DNA of 64,000 nucleotides from Eledone cirrhosa (Eukaryota). Shown here in pieces: positions 40,598-54,078 of this stretch; within the stretch, counting starts at the first letter, position 1, and every line of letters starts with the position of its first letter. A model generated the notes under the pieces. That model was not told the origin of the DNA. It was given only the letters and a program-made list of their open reading frames with translations, and did not search any database. The stretch is from contig CAXHJY010000192.1 in assembly GCA_964016885.1 (NCBI GenBank), positions 28,170-92,169 of the forward strand. The letters run 5' to 3'. Made by a program: the position numbers and the translations under genes.

Positions 40598-41450
40598 AGG
40601 TTAAGAATAACTGTTTCTACTTTAGGCACAAGGCCAGCAGTTATCCAGTGCATTACTGGTACTTTATTTTATCGACCCCGTAAGGATGAAAGGCAAAGTC
40701 AACCTCGGCGGGATTTGAACTCAGATCGTAAAGGGACGTAACTATGCTGGAAAGCATGGCGTCCGACCCTCTACCGATACTGCCAATCCACCGCCCTAAG
40801 ACTAACGTCCTCGAAAATGAAAGTGGATTTTCTGACAAGTGAATGTGTTTGTTTGTTTTTTTTACAATGAAATTTACGATACACTCTTTGTTTATTTACA
40901 ACAGGTCTCTATAGTGATATGGTGTTAATTAGTATTGCGTGTGTGATTATTTTCTCTTATATATGTGTGTGTGGGTGTGTATATGTGTGTATATATATGT
41001 GTGTCTGTATGTATATATGTGTGTTTGTATATATATATATATGTTTGCGTCATCATCATCGTTTAGATGTTTTTACCCAAATCCCTTATCATTCTCTGTC
41101 CTTCTTATGACCCAGCCTTAATTTGTTTATAGTTGGTGCCAACTTTAGCAAGATATTACAAAAACATCTAAACGATGATGATGACACAAACACATATATA
41201 TATACAAACACACATATATATATACATACAGACACACATATATATACACACATATACACACCCACACATATATATATATAAGAGAAAATAATCACACACG
41301 CAATACTAATTAACACCATATCACTATAGAGACCTGTTGTAAATAAACAAACAGTGTATCGTAAATTTCATTGTAAAAAAAAAAAAAACACATTCACTTG
41401 TCAGAAAATCCACTTTCATTTTCGAGGACGTTATTCTTAACCTATGCCTA
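40590..41450. repeat. large inverted repeat (arms of about 290 bp) with a SINE inserted in the left arm only
   Basis: 40803-41073 is the reverse complement of about 41160-41433. The SINE at 40607-40800 is flanked by taagaataac / taagactaac. Confidence 0.8.
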
Positions 41451-41989
41451 TATATATATACATATCATCATCATCATCATCGTTTAACGTCCATCTTCCA
41501 CGCTAGCATGGGTTAGACGGGAGTTGTCCCACTTGAGGCAAGGCTGGTCGGGTGACCATGTCTCGCTCATATAGGACTATCTGGCAGGCTTTCTACGGGT
41601 GGATGCCCTTCCTAACACCAACCACATTTAGTGTAGAACTGGGAACTTTTTACCGTGTTACCTACACGGCCACATTACAGCGTGGACTGTGTGTTTCTTT
41701 TTAGTTTTTTTTTATATATATACACTAGCATTAAAGCCCGGCGTTGCTCGGGGTCATTAAGTTACCAATGGCAGCACTTTTTTGTCTGCCAGGTACTGGG
41801 TGAATGAATTGCAGACCTGGAAGCATGAGCTGCGCCAGCAGTGACAATTGTGGTTTCGCCTATGGATATTATCTCTGTGCAAAAAAAGTGTTGAAATTTA
41901 TTGTTTCACAGTACTTGCGCAACACGCGCGTAGACGATGCCAGCCGAACAACAGAGCTGCGATGGAGTTGTTCTGCATGGTTTTTTTCT

Positions 41990-42345
41990 GTGTGTTTTCT
42001 AAATTTAAGACAGTGGGGAGGGTTGTGATATGAGGGAGAGTTAGCTGTTGTTTCTAGCAGGTTTAGCGACCTCATAGAGGATATGTGTTTTCTAAATTTA
42101 AGACAGTAGGGAGTGGTGTGATATGGGGGAGAGTTGGCTGCTGTTTCTAGCAGGTTTAGTGACCTCATAGAAGATATGTTTTCTAAATTTAAGACAGTAG
42201 GGAGGGGTGTGATATGGGGGAGAGTTAGCTGCTGTTTCTAGCAGGTTTAGTGACCTCATAGAAGATATGTTTTCTAAATTTAAGACAGTAGGGAGTGGTG
42301 TGATATGGGGGAGAGTTAGCTGCTGTTTCTAGCAGGTTAAGTAGC
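41990..42345. repeat. about 90-bp tandem repeat, 4 copies
   Basis: Unit ttttctaaatttaagacagtagggag...gacctcatagaagatatg. Confidence 0.85.
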
Positions 42346-42916
42346 AGAAAGTATGAAGTTGTATAGATTTTGAATGGTAGTAGAAAGAGTTCAGCAGTTT
42401 AAATGAGAAAGAAAAATCGTAAAATATTGAGTTTTATCTATTTTTTTGCGTAATTGTGGGTGAAATTGAAAAAATTATCTGCGTCAAGACGCAATCGAAA
42501 CTATTTCGTATACTGAATTGTAAATTTCAATTGAAGAAATTCTATATCGTAGATTTCTATAACGAAGGAGCATGACCACACACTGAGCTTTATAGATTAT
42601 GATGATATACATACATATATATATATACATATATATATGCATATATATATACTTATACATACATATATATATATATAACCCATGCTAGCGTGGAAAATGG
42701 ACGTTAAACGAAGATGATGATGATGATGATGATGATATATACATGACATAGGAGCATCCAGTTCACACTGTAAATGTGGTTGGCATTAGTAACAGCATAC
42801 AGCTGTAGAAAACCAACCTAGGAACGGACATCTGATCTGACTTGTCTAACTCATGCTAGAGTGGATAAATGGACGTTAAATGGTGGTGATGATGATGATA
42901 TATATGATGATGATAA

Positions 42917-42985
<69 letters not shown>

Positions 42986-42992
<7 letters not shown>

Positions 42993-43678
42993 GCATATAT
43001 GTTATAGAATGCCGTTAGCTTCTTGCTAAAACAATCTCTATACCTCTCATTTATATTTATACTCGGATTCTTTTCCTAGAGTGCTTAAACTATCTGTGAC
43101 TAATCCCGGTTTTTTTCATAAAAACTGTGATAATTATTGCTATTTTGCTGAACTCCTTTGTAGAGTTTTTTTTCAGAATGTATTTGACTGCTATTTCTTG
43201 TAAATAAACATTCACTTCCATCCTGACGTCACTAGCCCCGTTTTTTCCTCATGTGCTTTTTCATAAATACACATGAAGGCGAACTAGCCAGTTTTAGAAT
43301 TCCCTTTTTCGGATTATATTACTGTGAGAGCCCTGGTTTTCTGTTGAGCTCTGCTGATGATTGAAATTCCAACCGTGACCATCTCCACTGAAAGTTTTCA
43401 TGAAATAGTCTTTTAAGACTATACAGAGCATTTGATGTTATTCCAAATTGAAGGATAAGTGTTTCAAACTTTATTTTATCATGAGTTAAAGGTCTATAGA
43501 TTTTCCCTGGATTTTACTCAATTCTGTGGATGAATTTATATCCTGATTCTCTTTTGAGATGAGTTTGAGTTATTTTTCCTAAATCTTTCGTTAACTACTT
43601 TTCCCATCTTGACGTTATAGTCGCATATATGTTACAGAATGCCGTTAGCTTCTTGCTAAAACAATCTCTATACCTCTC

Positions 43679-43687
<9 letters not shown>
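42986..43687 (+). mobile_element. retrozyme-like insertion: 630-bp unit plus about 70-bp terminal redundancy, within (TA)n
   Basis: 42986-43057 is repeated at 43616-43687 with one mismatch. No ORF. Internal hammerhead. Confidence 0.72.
43348..43429 (+). ncRNA. type I hammerhead ribozyme motif
   Basis: gctctg CTGATGA t-tgaaa...tttca-t GAAA tagtct ttta agacta TA cagagc. Stem I is 6 bp and stem III is 7 bp. Predicted cut after A43423. Confidence 0.75.
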
Positions 43688-43726
<39 letters not shown>

Positions 43727-44284
43727 AATAAAAACCGGAGTTAAAGACTCACGTTAATCCTCCATAATTTAATGAGCTCAAGGAATAGATTCCGGGCTCT
43801 TTATAAATCAATATATAGAGAGGTACACGTAGAGATATGTGTTCAATCATTCTTTTAACTGATTTGTAATCACCATTCCTTCCATAGATATGTTCGTCAC
43901 TCTGGTGGTTTTTGATCTCCTATGATTGAACACATATCTCTATGTGTACTTCCCTCTATATACTGATTTATAAATATATATATATATATATATATATCTT
44001 CATCATCACCGTTTTACGTCCGTTCTTCCACGCTAGCATGTGTTAGACGGGTTGTCCTGTTGTGGGTAGTAGCCGGTCGGCTGACCTTGTCTTGCTCATA
44101 CAGGACCTGATTCTGGCTTGATTTCTACAGCTGGATGCCCTTCCTAACACCACCCTCATTTACAGTGAGTGCTGGGTGCTTTTTTTCCGTGGCACCTACA
44201 CGCCCACTTTACAGTGTGGGCTGGGTTCCCCTTTGCCGTGGCACCTCCACGACCACTTTGCAGTGGGAGGGTGTGGGGACATAT

Positions 44285-44310
<26 letters not shown>

Positions 44311-44321
<11 letters not shown>

Positions 44322-47300
44322 GATCGAGTATCGAAAAATCGGCGCACGAGTTAACGAAAAACGAAATTCGATATGAGCGGCAGAGGGCTCAATAATTCAG
44401 ATGAATCAGAGCTATAACTATCGTTAAAATACCGTCACATATAGAACAAGTCTACAATCAACCATACGATTTAAAATCGATAAAGGAAGATTCGGGCCAA
44501 ACAGATAAAAAATATCAATAAAACAATACGTCAATAATTTAAATGAATGTAAAATCATACCCGGACCCACTAGAAAGGTGTTAAATCTAGCTTCATGGGT
44601 TTCTGTAAATCCTTAGACAGTACTCTATCAGCTCACATATAAATATAAAAGCCTACTAGAATAAGTGGAACGGAGTTTACGTTGTCAACGAGTTTTATCC
44701 TGGCGGCAAAGGAGTCAACTAGCGGTGAAAAACGCACATGGCATTAGACAAGGGAGATGACCCCTATATCCGCGAAAATAATTCGAGTGAATGTGGAAAT
44801 ACACATATCGAATTAGAGTGCTCAATAGACATGTTAAAATAAAACAAAAGCTATTCATCACTCAATAGAATCGACAAAATATGAGCAATAAAATTAACTG
44901 GTGGATAGCTAAGTCCAGAGCTAAATATATTAGAAAGATCGAGTATCGAAAAATCGGCGCACGAGTTAACGAAAAACGAAATTCGATATGAGCGGCAGAG
45001 GGCTCAATAATTCAGATGAATCAGAGCTATAACTATCGTTAAAATACCGTCACATATAGAACAAGTCTACAATCAACCATACGATTTAAAATCGATAAAG
45101 GAAGATTCGGGCCAAACAGATAAAAAATATCAATAAAACAATACGTCAATAATTTAAATGAATGTAAAATCATACCCGGACCCACTAGAAAGGTGTTAAA
45201 TCTAGCTTCATGGGTTTCTGTAAATCCTTAGACAGTACTCTATCAGCTCACATATAAATATAAAAGCCTACTAGAATAAGTGGAACGGAGTTTACGTTGT
45301 CAACGAGTTTTATCCTGGCGGCAAAGGAGTCAACTAGCGGTGAAAAACGCACATGGCATTAGACAAGGGAGATGACCCCTATATCCGCGAAAATAATTCG
45401 AGTGAATGTGGAAATACACATATCGAATTAGAGTGCTCAATAGACATGTTAAAATAAAACAAAAGCTATTCATCACTCAATAGAATCGACAAAATATGAG
45501 CAATAAAATTAACTGGTGGATAGCTATGTCCAGAGCTAAATATATTAGAAAGATCGAGTATCGAAAAATCGGCGCACGAGTTAACGAAAAACGAAATTCG
45601 ATATGAGCGGCAGAGGGCTCAATAATTCAGATGAATCAGAGCTATAACTATCGTTAAAATACCGTCACATATAGAACAAGTCTACAATCAACCATACGAT
45701 TTAAAATCGATAAAGGAAGATTCGGGCCAAACAGATAAAAAATATCAATAAAACAATACGTCAATAATTTAAATGAATGTAAAATCATACCCGGACCCAC
45801 TAGAAAGGTGTTAAATCTAGCTTCATGGGTTTCTGTAAATCCTTAGACAGTACTCTATCAGCTCACATATAAATATAAAAGCCTACTAGAATAAGTGGAA
45901 CGGAGTTTACGTTGTCAACGAGTTTTATCCTGGCGGCAAAGGAGTCAACTAGCGGTGAAAAACGCACATGGCATTAGACAAGGGAGATGACCCCTATATC
46001 CGCGAAAATAATTCGAGTGAATGTGGAAATACACATATCGAATTAGAGTGCTCAATAGACATGTTAAAATAAAACAAAAGCTATTCATCACTCAATAGAA
46101 TCGACAAAATATGAGCAATAAAATTAACTGGTGGATAGCTATGTCCAGAGCTAAATATATTAGAAAGATCGAGTATCGAAAAATCGGCGCACGAGTTAAC
46201 GAAAAACGAAATTCGATATGAGCGGCAGAGGGCTCAATAATTCAGATGAATCAGAGCTATAACTATCGTTAAAATACCGTCACATATAGAACAAGTCTAC
46301 AATCAACCATACGATTTAAAATCGATAAAGGAAGATTCGGGCCAAACAGATAAAAAATATCAATAAAACAATACGTCAATAATTTAAATGAATGTAAAAT
46401 CATACCCGGACCCACTAGAAAGGTGTTAAATCTAGCTTCATGGGTTTCTGTAAATCCTTAGACAGTACTCTATCAGCTCACATATAAATATAAAAGCCTA
46501 CTAGAATAAGTGGAACGGAGTTTACGTTGTCAACGAGTTTTATCCTGGCGGCAAAGGAGTCAACTAGCGGTGAAAAACGCACATGGCATTAGACAAGGGA
46601 GATGACCCCTATATCCGCGAAAATAATTCGAGTGAATGTGGAAATACACATATCGAATTAGAGTGCTCAATAGACATGTTAAAATAAAACAAAAGCTATT
46701 CATCACTCAATAGAATCGACAAAATATGAGCAATAAAATTAACTGGTGGATAGCTATGTCCAGAGCTAAATATATTAGAAAGATCGAGTATCGAAAAATC
46801 GGCGCACGAGTTAACGAAAAACGAAATTCGATATGAGCGGCAGAGGGCTCAATAATTCAGATGAATCAGAGCTATAACTATCGTTAAAATACCGTCACAT
46901 ATAGAACAAGTCTACAATCAACCATACGATTTAAAATCGATAAAGGAAGATTCGGGCCAAACAGATAAAAAATATCAATAAAACAATACGTCAATAATTT
47001 AAATGAATGTAAAATCATACCCGGACCCACTAGAAAGGTGTTAAATCTAGCTTCATGGGTTTCTGTAAATCCTTAGACAGTACTCTATCAGCTCACATAT
47101 AAATATAAAAGCCTACTAGAATAAGTGGAACGGAGTTTACGTTGTCAACGAGTTTTATCCTGGCGGCAAAGGAGTCAACTAGCGGTGAAAAACGCACATG
47201 GCATTAGACAAGGGAGATGACCCCTATATCCGCGAAAATAATTCGAGTGAATGTGGAAATACACATATCGAATTAGAGTGCTCAATAGACATGTTAAAAT

Positions 47301-49336
47301 AAAACAAAAGCTATTCATCACTCAATAGAATCGACAAAATATGAGCAATAAAATTAACTGGTGGATAGCTATGTCCAGAGCTAAATATATTAGAAAGATC
47401 GAGTATCGAAAAATCGGCGCACGAGTTAACGAAAAACGAAATTCGATATGAGCGGCAGAGGGCTCAATAATTCAGATGAATCAGAGCTATAACTATCGTT
47501 AAAATACCGTCACATATAGAACAAGTCTACAATCAACCATACGATTTAAAATCGATAAAGGAAGATTCGGGCCAAACAGATAAAAAATATCAATAAAACA
47601 ATACGTCAATAATTTAAATGAATGTAAAATCATACCCGGACCCACTAGAAAGGTGTTAAATCTAGCTTCATGGGTTTCTGTAAATCCTTAGACAGTACTC
47701 TATCAGCTCACATATAAATATAAAAGCCTACTAGAATAAGTGGAACGGAGTTTACGTTGTCAACGAGTTTTATCCTGGCGGCAAAGGAGTCAACTAGCGG
47801 TGAAAAACGCACATGGCATTAGACAAGGGAGATGACCCCTATATCCGCGAAAATAATTCGAGTGAATGTGGAAATACACATATCGAATTAGAGTGCTCAA
47901 TAGACATGTTAAAATAAAACAAAAGCTATTCATCACTCAATAGAATCGACAAAATATGAGCAATAAAATTAACTGGTGGATAGCTATGTCCAGAGCTAAA
48001 TATATTAGAAAGATCGAGTATCGAAAAATCGGCGCACGAGTTAACGAAAAACGAAATTCGATATGAGCGGCAGAGGGCTCAATAATTCAGATGAATCAGA
48101 GCTATAACTATCGTTAAAATACCGTCACATATAGAACAAGTCTACAATCAACCATACGATTTAAAATCGATAAAGGAAGATTCGGGCCAAACAGATAAAA
48201 AATATCAATAAAACAATACGTCAATAATTTAAATGAATGTAAAATCATACCCGGACCCACTAGAAAGGTGTTAAATCTAGCTTCATGGGTTTCTGTAAAT
48301 CCTTAGACAGTACTCTATCAGCTCACATATAAATATAAAAGCCTACTAGAATAAGTGGAACGGAGTTTACGTTGTCAACGAGTTTTATCCTGGCGGCAAA
48401 GGAGTCAACTAGCGGTGAAAAACGCACATGGCATTAGACAAGGGAGATGACCCCTATATCCGCGAAAATAATTCGAGTGAATGTGGAAATACACATATCG
48501 AATTAGAGTGCTCAATAGACATGTTAAAATAAAACAAAAGCTATTCATCACTCAATAGAATCGACAAAATATGAGCAATAAAATTAACTGGTGGATAGCT
48601 ATGTCCAGAGCTAAATATATTAGAAAGATCGAGTATCGAAAAATCGGCGCACGAGTTAACGAAAAACGAAATTCGATATGAGCGGCAGAGGGCTCAATAA
48701 TTCAGATGAATCAGAGCTATAACTATCGTTAAAATACCGTCACATATAGAACAAGTCTACAATCAACCATACGATTTAAAATCGATAAAGGAAGATTCGG
48801 GCCAAACAGATAAAAAATATCAATAAAACAATACGTCAATAATTTAAATGAATGTAAAATCATACCCGGACCCACTAGAAAGGTGTTAAATCTAGCTTCA
48901 TGGGTTTCTGTAAATCCTTAGACAGTACTCTATCAGCTCACATATAAATATAAAAGCCTACTAGAATAAGTGGAACGGAGTTTACGTTGTCAACGAGTTT
49001 TATCCTGGCGGCAAAGGAGTCAACTAGCGGTGAAAAACGCACATGGCATTAGACAAGGGAGATGACCCCTATATCCGCGAAAATAATTCGAGTGAATGTG
49101 GAAATACACATATCGAATTAGAGTGCTCAATAGACATGTTAAAATAAAACAAAAGCTATTCATCACTCAATAGAATCGACAAAAAATGAGCAATAAAATT
49201 AACTGGTGGATAGCTATGTCCAGAGCTAAATATATTAGAAAGATCGAGTATCGAAAAATCGGCGCACGAGTTAACGAAAAACGAAATTCGATATGAGCGG
49301 CAGAGGGCTCAATAATTCAGATGAATCAGAGCTATA
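44311..49336. repeat. 615-bp tandem array, 8 full copies plus about 105 bp, inserted in (TA)n
   Basis: Units start at 44311, 44926, 45541, 46156, 46771, 47386, 48001, 48616 and 49231. I saw only two substitutions (about 44912 and 49185). No ORF in the unit. Confidence 0.97.
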
Positions 49337-49599
49337 TATATATAGATAGATATATATACATATATTTTATATTTATTTATTTGATTATGTAATAAACAAC
49401 ACAATATAATTATTCCATTGCCCAAGGTTTCACATAATTAAATGGCTCTGTACTATATATAGAGCACTTTTCTTTCCTTTACCTTTTCTATGGAAATACA
49501 TAACATTATATCTATATATCTATATATATATATGTATGTGTATGTGTATATATATATATATATGTAAGTATGTATGTGTATATATATATATATATATAT

Positions 49600-50596
49600 A
49601 TGAAAGACGTAAAATAAGAAAATTTTAAAAAGTAATAATTAACTTACTTACTAAAATTTTCACTCCAACTAATTAGTTTCTGTAAGGGAACAAATATAGT
49701 TACGTAACGTAACAATAGAGAATTCCTTACGTCATCAGGGAGTCTATCCTCAGCTAAGTTCCCAGGCAATGCGCGGACACTAGGAACCCATATAAAATAA
49801 TAATTCAGTGGATGGGATGACGTAAGGAATTCTCTATAGTTACGTTACGTAACTATATTTGTTCCCTTACAGAAACTAATTAGTTGGAGTGAAAACTTTA
49901 GTAAGTTAATCTTTAATTTTTAAAATTTTCTTATTTTACGTCTTTCATATAATTGTTCTGCATCCCCTGCATAGAACCACAAAGGTACTAAGACATAACA
50001 TATATATTTGCTAGCATGAGTATACATCTGTATACATATGTTGGTAGATATACTAATTGTCTATATTTATCTCCAAATTATTTGTTGAGTAAAACTTGCC
50101 AAAATTTACTGCTATGGTTCATGGTAGTAGTAGTAGGCTCTTGTCATAATACCACCCCACTCCTCACTGATTAACCTTAGTGTCACGTGATTGATTCTTT
50201 AGAATCTGCCACTGACCAAATAGGCAGTGAATTTTTTCAGTGCTCTGGAATTTAGTACCTGCTAGCTTTATTCCATCCACTGAATTATTATTTTTATATG
50301 GGTTCCTAGTGTCCGCGCATTGCCTGGGAACTTAGCTGAGAATAGACTCCCTGATGACGTAAGGAATTCTCTATAGTTACGTTACGTAACTATATTTGTT
50401 CCCTTACAGAAACTAATTAGTTGGAGTGAAAATTTTAGTAAGTTAATTTTTAATTTTTAAAATTTTCTTATTTTACGTCTTTCATATAATTGTTCTGCAT
50501 CCCCCTGCATAGAACCACAAAGGTACTAAGACATAACATATATATTTGCTAGCATGGGTATACATCTGTATACATATGTTGGTAGATATACTAATT
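49600..50596. mobile_element. Penelope/retrozyme-like insertion: inverted 5' segment plus about 1.45 tandem copies of a 537-bp unit
   Basis: 49816-50057 is repeated at 50353-50596. 49600-49813 is the reverse complement of about 50273-50487. Hammerheads at 49662-49743 (-) and 50346-50427 (+). Confidence 0.75.
50346..50427 (+). ncRNA. type I hammerhead motif with long stem II and palindromic stem III
   Basis: actcc CTGATGA c-gtaagg...ccttac-a GAAA ctaattag TT ggagt. Confidence 0.72.
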
Positions 50597-50597
50597 C

Positions 50598-50630
<33 letters not shown>

Positions 50631-51309
50631 CTGTGTATATATATATTTATGTCAGGTCACCAGTTGGTGCTACTGGTAACATGTATCCCAGTACAACCTG
50701 TCTCATGGTCGGGTCGTTGGCGACTAAACTGGCAACCCCACCAAGGTTTCTTGGTGAGGAGGGTGACTTTGGACATCCTGCAAGACTAAAAACAAAACCT
50801 TGTTCAAAGGGCAAAGGAGCTCTTAAGAGTCAATGGCCATCCAAAATCACCAGGAGAGATGACCCCTTAGCCTTTGTCAAGGCAGAATTCTAGGAGAAGG
50901 AAAACTCTGATATAACACCTGCAACCCTGATGGTATCCAATGATGTTGACTTGTTCTTCATTTTGGTAAATATCATCTTGGTTAAAAGAGTGGGACTGGC
51001 TTTGTGCAGTGCCTTTGCTCACTATAAAAGCTTCACGGCACAGGCATTGCTTTATATCTGGAGATCTCTCTGCACTTGTCGTCACATGGTACCATGGGCC
51101 CAGCACTATGTGTCAATAATTGTCACAAGTGTAGTGTTTGTACCAGAGTTTTCAAGTCGCTGGCTGGACTAAAAAGTCACCCTCGTTCAGCGCATTGGTA
51201 GGGGTTCTCCTACATGGATATAAGGTAGTGGCCGTACTCGAAAACGATTTGGCAGCCAACATATATATATAATATATATATTTATGTATGTGTATATATA
51301 TATATATAT

Positions 51310-51352
<43 letters not shown>

Positions 51353-51540
51353 GTTATGTATATATTGATTTACAACCCAGTTTCCTCTACACAGCGCCAC
51401 CTGCCCCTAATCTCTAAATATGTCTTTAAAAATGGCTAAGGCCATTGTCCTCTCCTTTGTATAACAGGTGACAAGTAACAAAGATATCCAGTTCATAGGC
51501 GTCTAGCCAATCTACAATCTATGTATGAGCTGTTCTCCAT

Positions 51541-52282
51541 TAAGCCATTAGCATTTAAACCAGTTGTATCTGGCCAGCATTCTCTCACTATTTTCTCTCA
51601 AACCGGCTGTAACTAGCCACTCACACCATTACCATTTACATTACTCTATATATACTATTGTATTTTCACAGTAAAGGCTTTACCTCACATAATATCTCAC
51701 ATAACATTTACATTACTCTATATATACTATTGTATTTTCACAGTAAAGGCTTTACCTCACATAATATCTCACATAACATTTACATTACTCTATATATACT
51801 ATTGTATTTTCACAGTAAAGGCTTTACCTCACATAATATCTCACATAACATTTACATTACTCTATATATACTATTGTATTTTCACAGTAAAGGCTTTACC
51901 TCACATAATATCTCACATAACATTTACATTACTCTATATATACTATTGTATTTTCACAGTAAAGTCATTACCTCACATAACATTTACATTACTCTATATA
52001 TGCTATTGTATTTTCACAGTAAAGACTTTACCTCACATAATATCTCACATAACATTTACATTACTCTATATATACTATTGTATAGAGTAATGTAAATGTT
52101 ACGTGAGATATTATGTGAGGTAAAGCCTTTACTGTGAAAATACAATAGTATTTAATAGAGTAATGTAAATGCCAAAGGGTTAAGATGAGTATGAGTTGCT
52201 GGTTATGACCAGTTTGAGTTTGAACAGAAAGTGATGTGGGAATTCTGGCCAGATACAACTGGTTTAAATGCTAATGGGTTAA
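51541..52282. repeat. piggyBac-like MITE pieces with an internal 84-bp tandem array
   Basis: Ends ccattagcatttaaac / aaatgccaaagggttaa. The 84-bp unit is repeated about 5 times at 51635-52082. Confidence 0.7.
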
Positions 52283-52377
52283 AGAAAGAAACAGTCTGCT
52301 TTGTTTTATTTTCCGTTCACAGGAACAGATGGACAGACTGGCCTTGGAGCTGGTATGAAATTATCTGGTCAGTGTAA

Positions 52378-52487
52378 AAATAAAAAACAATAAAACAAAA
52401 TAATTAATAAATCAATTAGATTGTTTTGATTATAATCAAAACAATCTAATTGATTTATTAATTATTTTGTTTTATTGTTTTTTATTT
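52378..52487. repeat. perfect AT-rich palindrome, about 110 bp
   Basis: Centred on gattataatc with exact reverse-complement arms. Confidence 0.88.
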
Positions 52488-52631
52488 ATTATATATTATA
52501 ATAATTATTATTGGTAACTTAATATCGGAACAAACAGCACAACTGTAAACAACTACAACAACAACAACAAGGAGTTTGCATCTCAACCATGAGGACCTGG
52601 GTTCAGTCCCACTGTGCAACACCTTGGACAC

Positions 52632-53490
52632 TAAATATAGGCACTGAAAGCTACAATAGGCCAGATGTGAAATATAGGTACTGAAAGATAGTATAGGCCC
52701 AGGTCAGGTGTGAAATATAAGCACTGAAAGATAGTATAGGCCAGATGTGAAATATAAGCACTGAAAGATAGTATAGTATAGGCCAGATGTGAAATGTAGG
52801 CACCGAAAGAAAGTATAGGCCAGATATGAAATGTAGGCACTGAAAAAAAGTATAGGCCAGATGTGAAATGTAGGCACCGAAAGAAAGTATAGGCCAGATA
52901 TGAAATGTAGGCACTGAAAGATAGTATAGGCCCAGGCCAGGTGTGAAATGTAGACACTGAAAGATAGTATAGGCCCAGGTCAAGTGTGAAATATAAGCCA
53001 TGAAAGATAGTATAGGCCAGGTGTGAAATGTAGGCACCGAAAGAAAGTATATGCCAGATGTGAAATGTAGGCACCGAAAGAAAGTATAGGCCAGATATGA
53101 AATGTAGGCACTAAAAGATAGTAGAGGCCAGATATGAAATGTAGGCACAGAAAGATAGTATAGGCCCAGGTCAAGTGTGAAATGTAGACACTGAAAGATA
53201 GTATAGGCACAGGTCAGGTGTGAAATATAAGCCCTGAAAGATAGTATAGGCCAGGTGTGAAATGTAGGCACCGAAAGAAAGTATATGCCAGATGTGAAAT
53301 GTAGGCACCAAAGGAAAATATAGGCCAGATATGAAATTTAGGCACTGACAGAAAGTATAGACCAGGTGTGAAATGTAAACACTGAAAGAAAGTATAGGCC
53401 AGGTGTGAAATGTAGACACTGAAAGAAAGTATAGGCTAGGTGTGAAATGTAGACACTGAAAGAAAGTATAGGCCAGGTGCGAAATGTAGA
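52632..53490. repeat. about 35-bp minisatellite with 45-bp variants
   Basis: Unit gtgaaatgtaggcactgaaagatagtataggccag, about 23 copies. Confidence 0.9.
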
Positions 53491-53555
53491 ACTTATTTCT
53501 AACTATACAATTATTTCAGTAATTAGAGTTAAATCAATACATATGAATTATATTA

Positions 53556-54078
53556 ATTTTGAGTTTCTAACTCAATCTATGATATTCTCGGCTCCTTACG
53601 TAGAGCTAACCTTAGTCTCATAAACCCTGCTGCTATTTTTAGCGGTATGAGTATGAGACGCGCTAGACGCTGTAAGCTATGCTTTTATATCAGCATATCG
53701 TTCAGTCTTCTTAGATCCTTTGAAGTGAAAGGTACAAATTTTCTGGATACCCACTGAAGAGCACAGGAATTGTGGCTTTCACTTAATAATTCTTGCGAAA
53801 CAGATTTAGGTCTGTCTGGGTATCAAAGGCTGTTGCCCGATATAGGTTTGTTATTTTTATTGATTTATTACTTAAAATTGAGTCAGGCAAACTATATTGC
53901 TTTAAATTAGTATTTTTTCAACCTAGCTAACTTGGTCATTTACAATTCCAACACATGTATACTTGTATCTGTGTTCATCTCTCTCATATATTCAATTATA
54001 TTACACGGCTCGGAAAGATTCCCTTCTTTGAGCTATTTAATTGTAAAAGACTATTTTGAGTTTCTAACTCAATCTAGG
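53556..54078 (+). mobile_element. retrozyme-like insertion: 497-bp unit plus 24-bp terminal redundancy and 17-bp target-site duplication
   Basis: attttgagtttctaactcaatcta at 53556-53579 and 54053-54076. TSD atacatatgaattatat at 53537-53553 and 54079-54095. Central hammerhead. Confidence 0.82.
53746..53824 (+). ncRNA. type I hammerhead ribozyme, fully canonical
   Basis: gataccca CTGAAGA gcacaggaatt...aattcttgc GAAA cagat ttag gtctg TC tgggtatc. Stem I is 8 bp, stem II closes with G-C, stem III is 6 bp and the site is GUC (cut after C53816). Confidence 0.9.

Noticed and set aside
40828-40885. CTGACAA...GAAA as another hammerhead
   Set aside because: The core is mutated and no stem I or stem III pairing was found.
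41724-42600. Helitron/Helentron-like element starting actagcattaaagcccggcgttgctcggg
   Set aside because: The terminus is suggestive only. I could not define the other end or any Rep/helicase sequence.
50686-50732. Possible HDV-like ribozyme (ccagt...ctaa actgg) in an RTE 5' UTR-like fragment
   Set aside because: P2- and P3-like pairings are visible but I could not build P1 or P1.1.
51658-53419. Repetitive ORFs of 76-206 aa
   Set aside because: Products of the 84-bp and 35-bp minisatellites.
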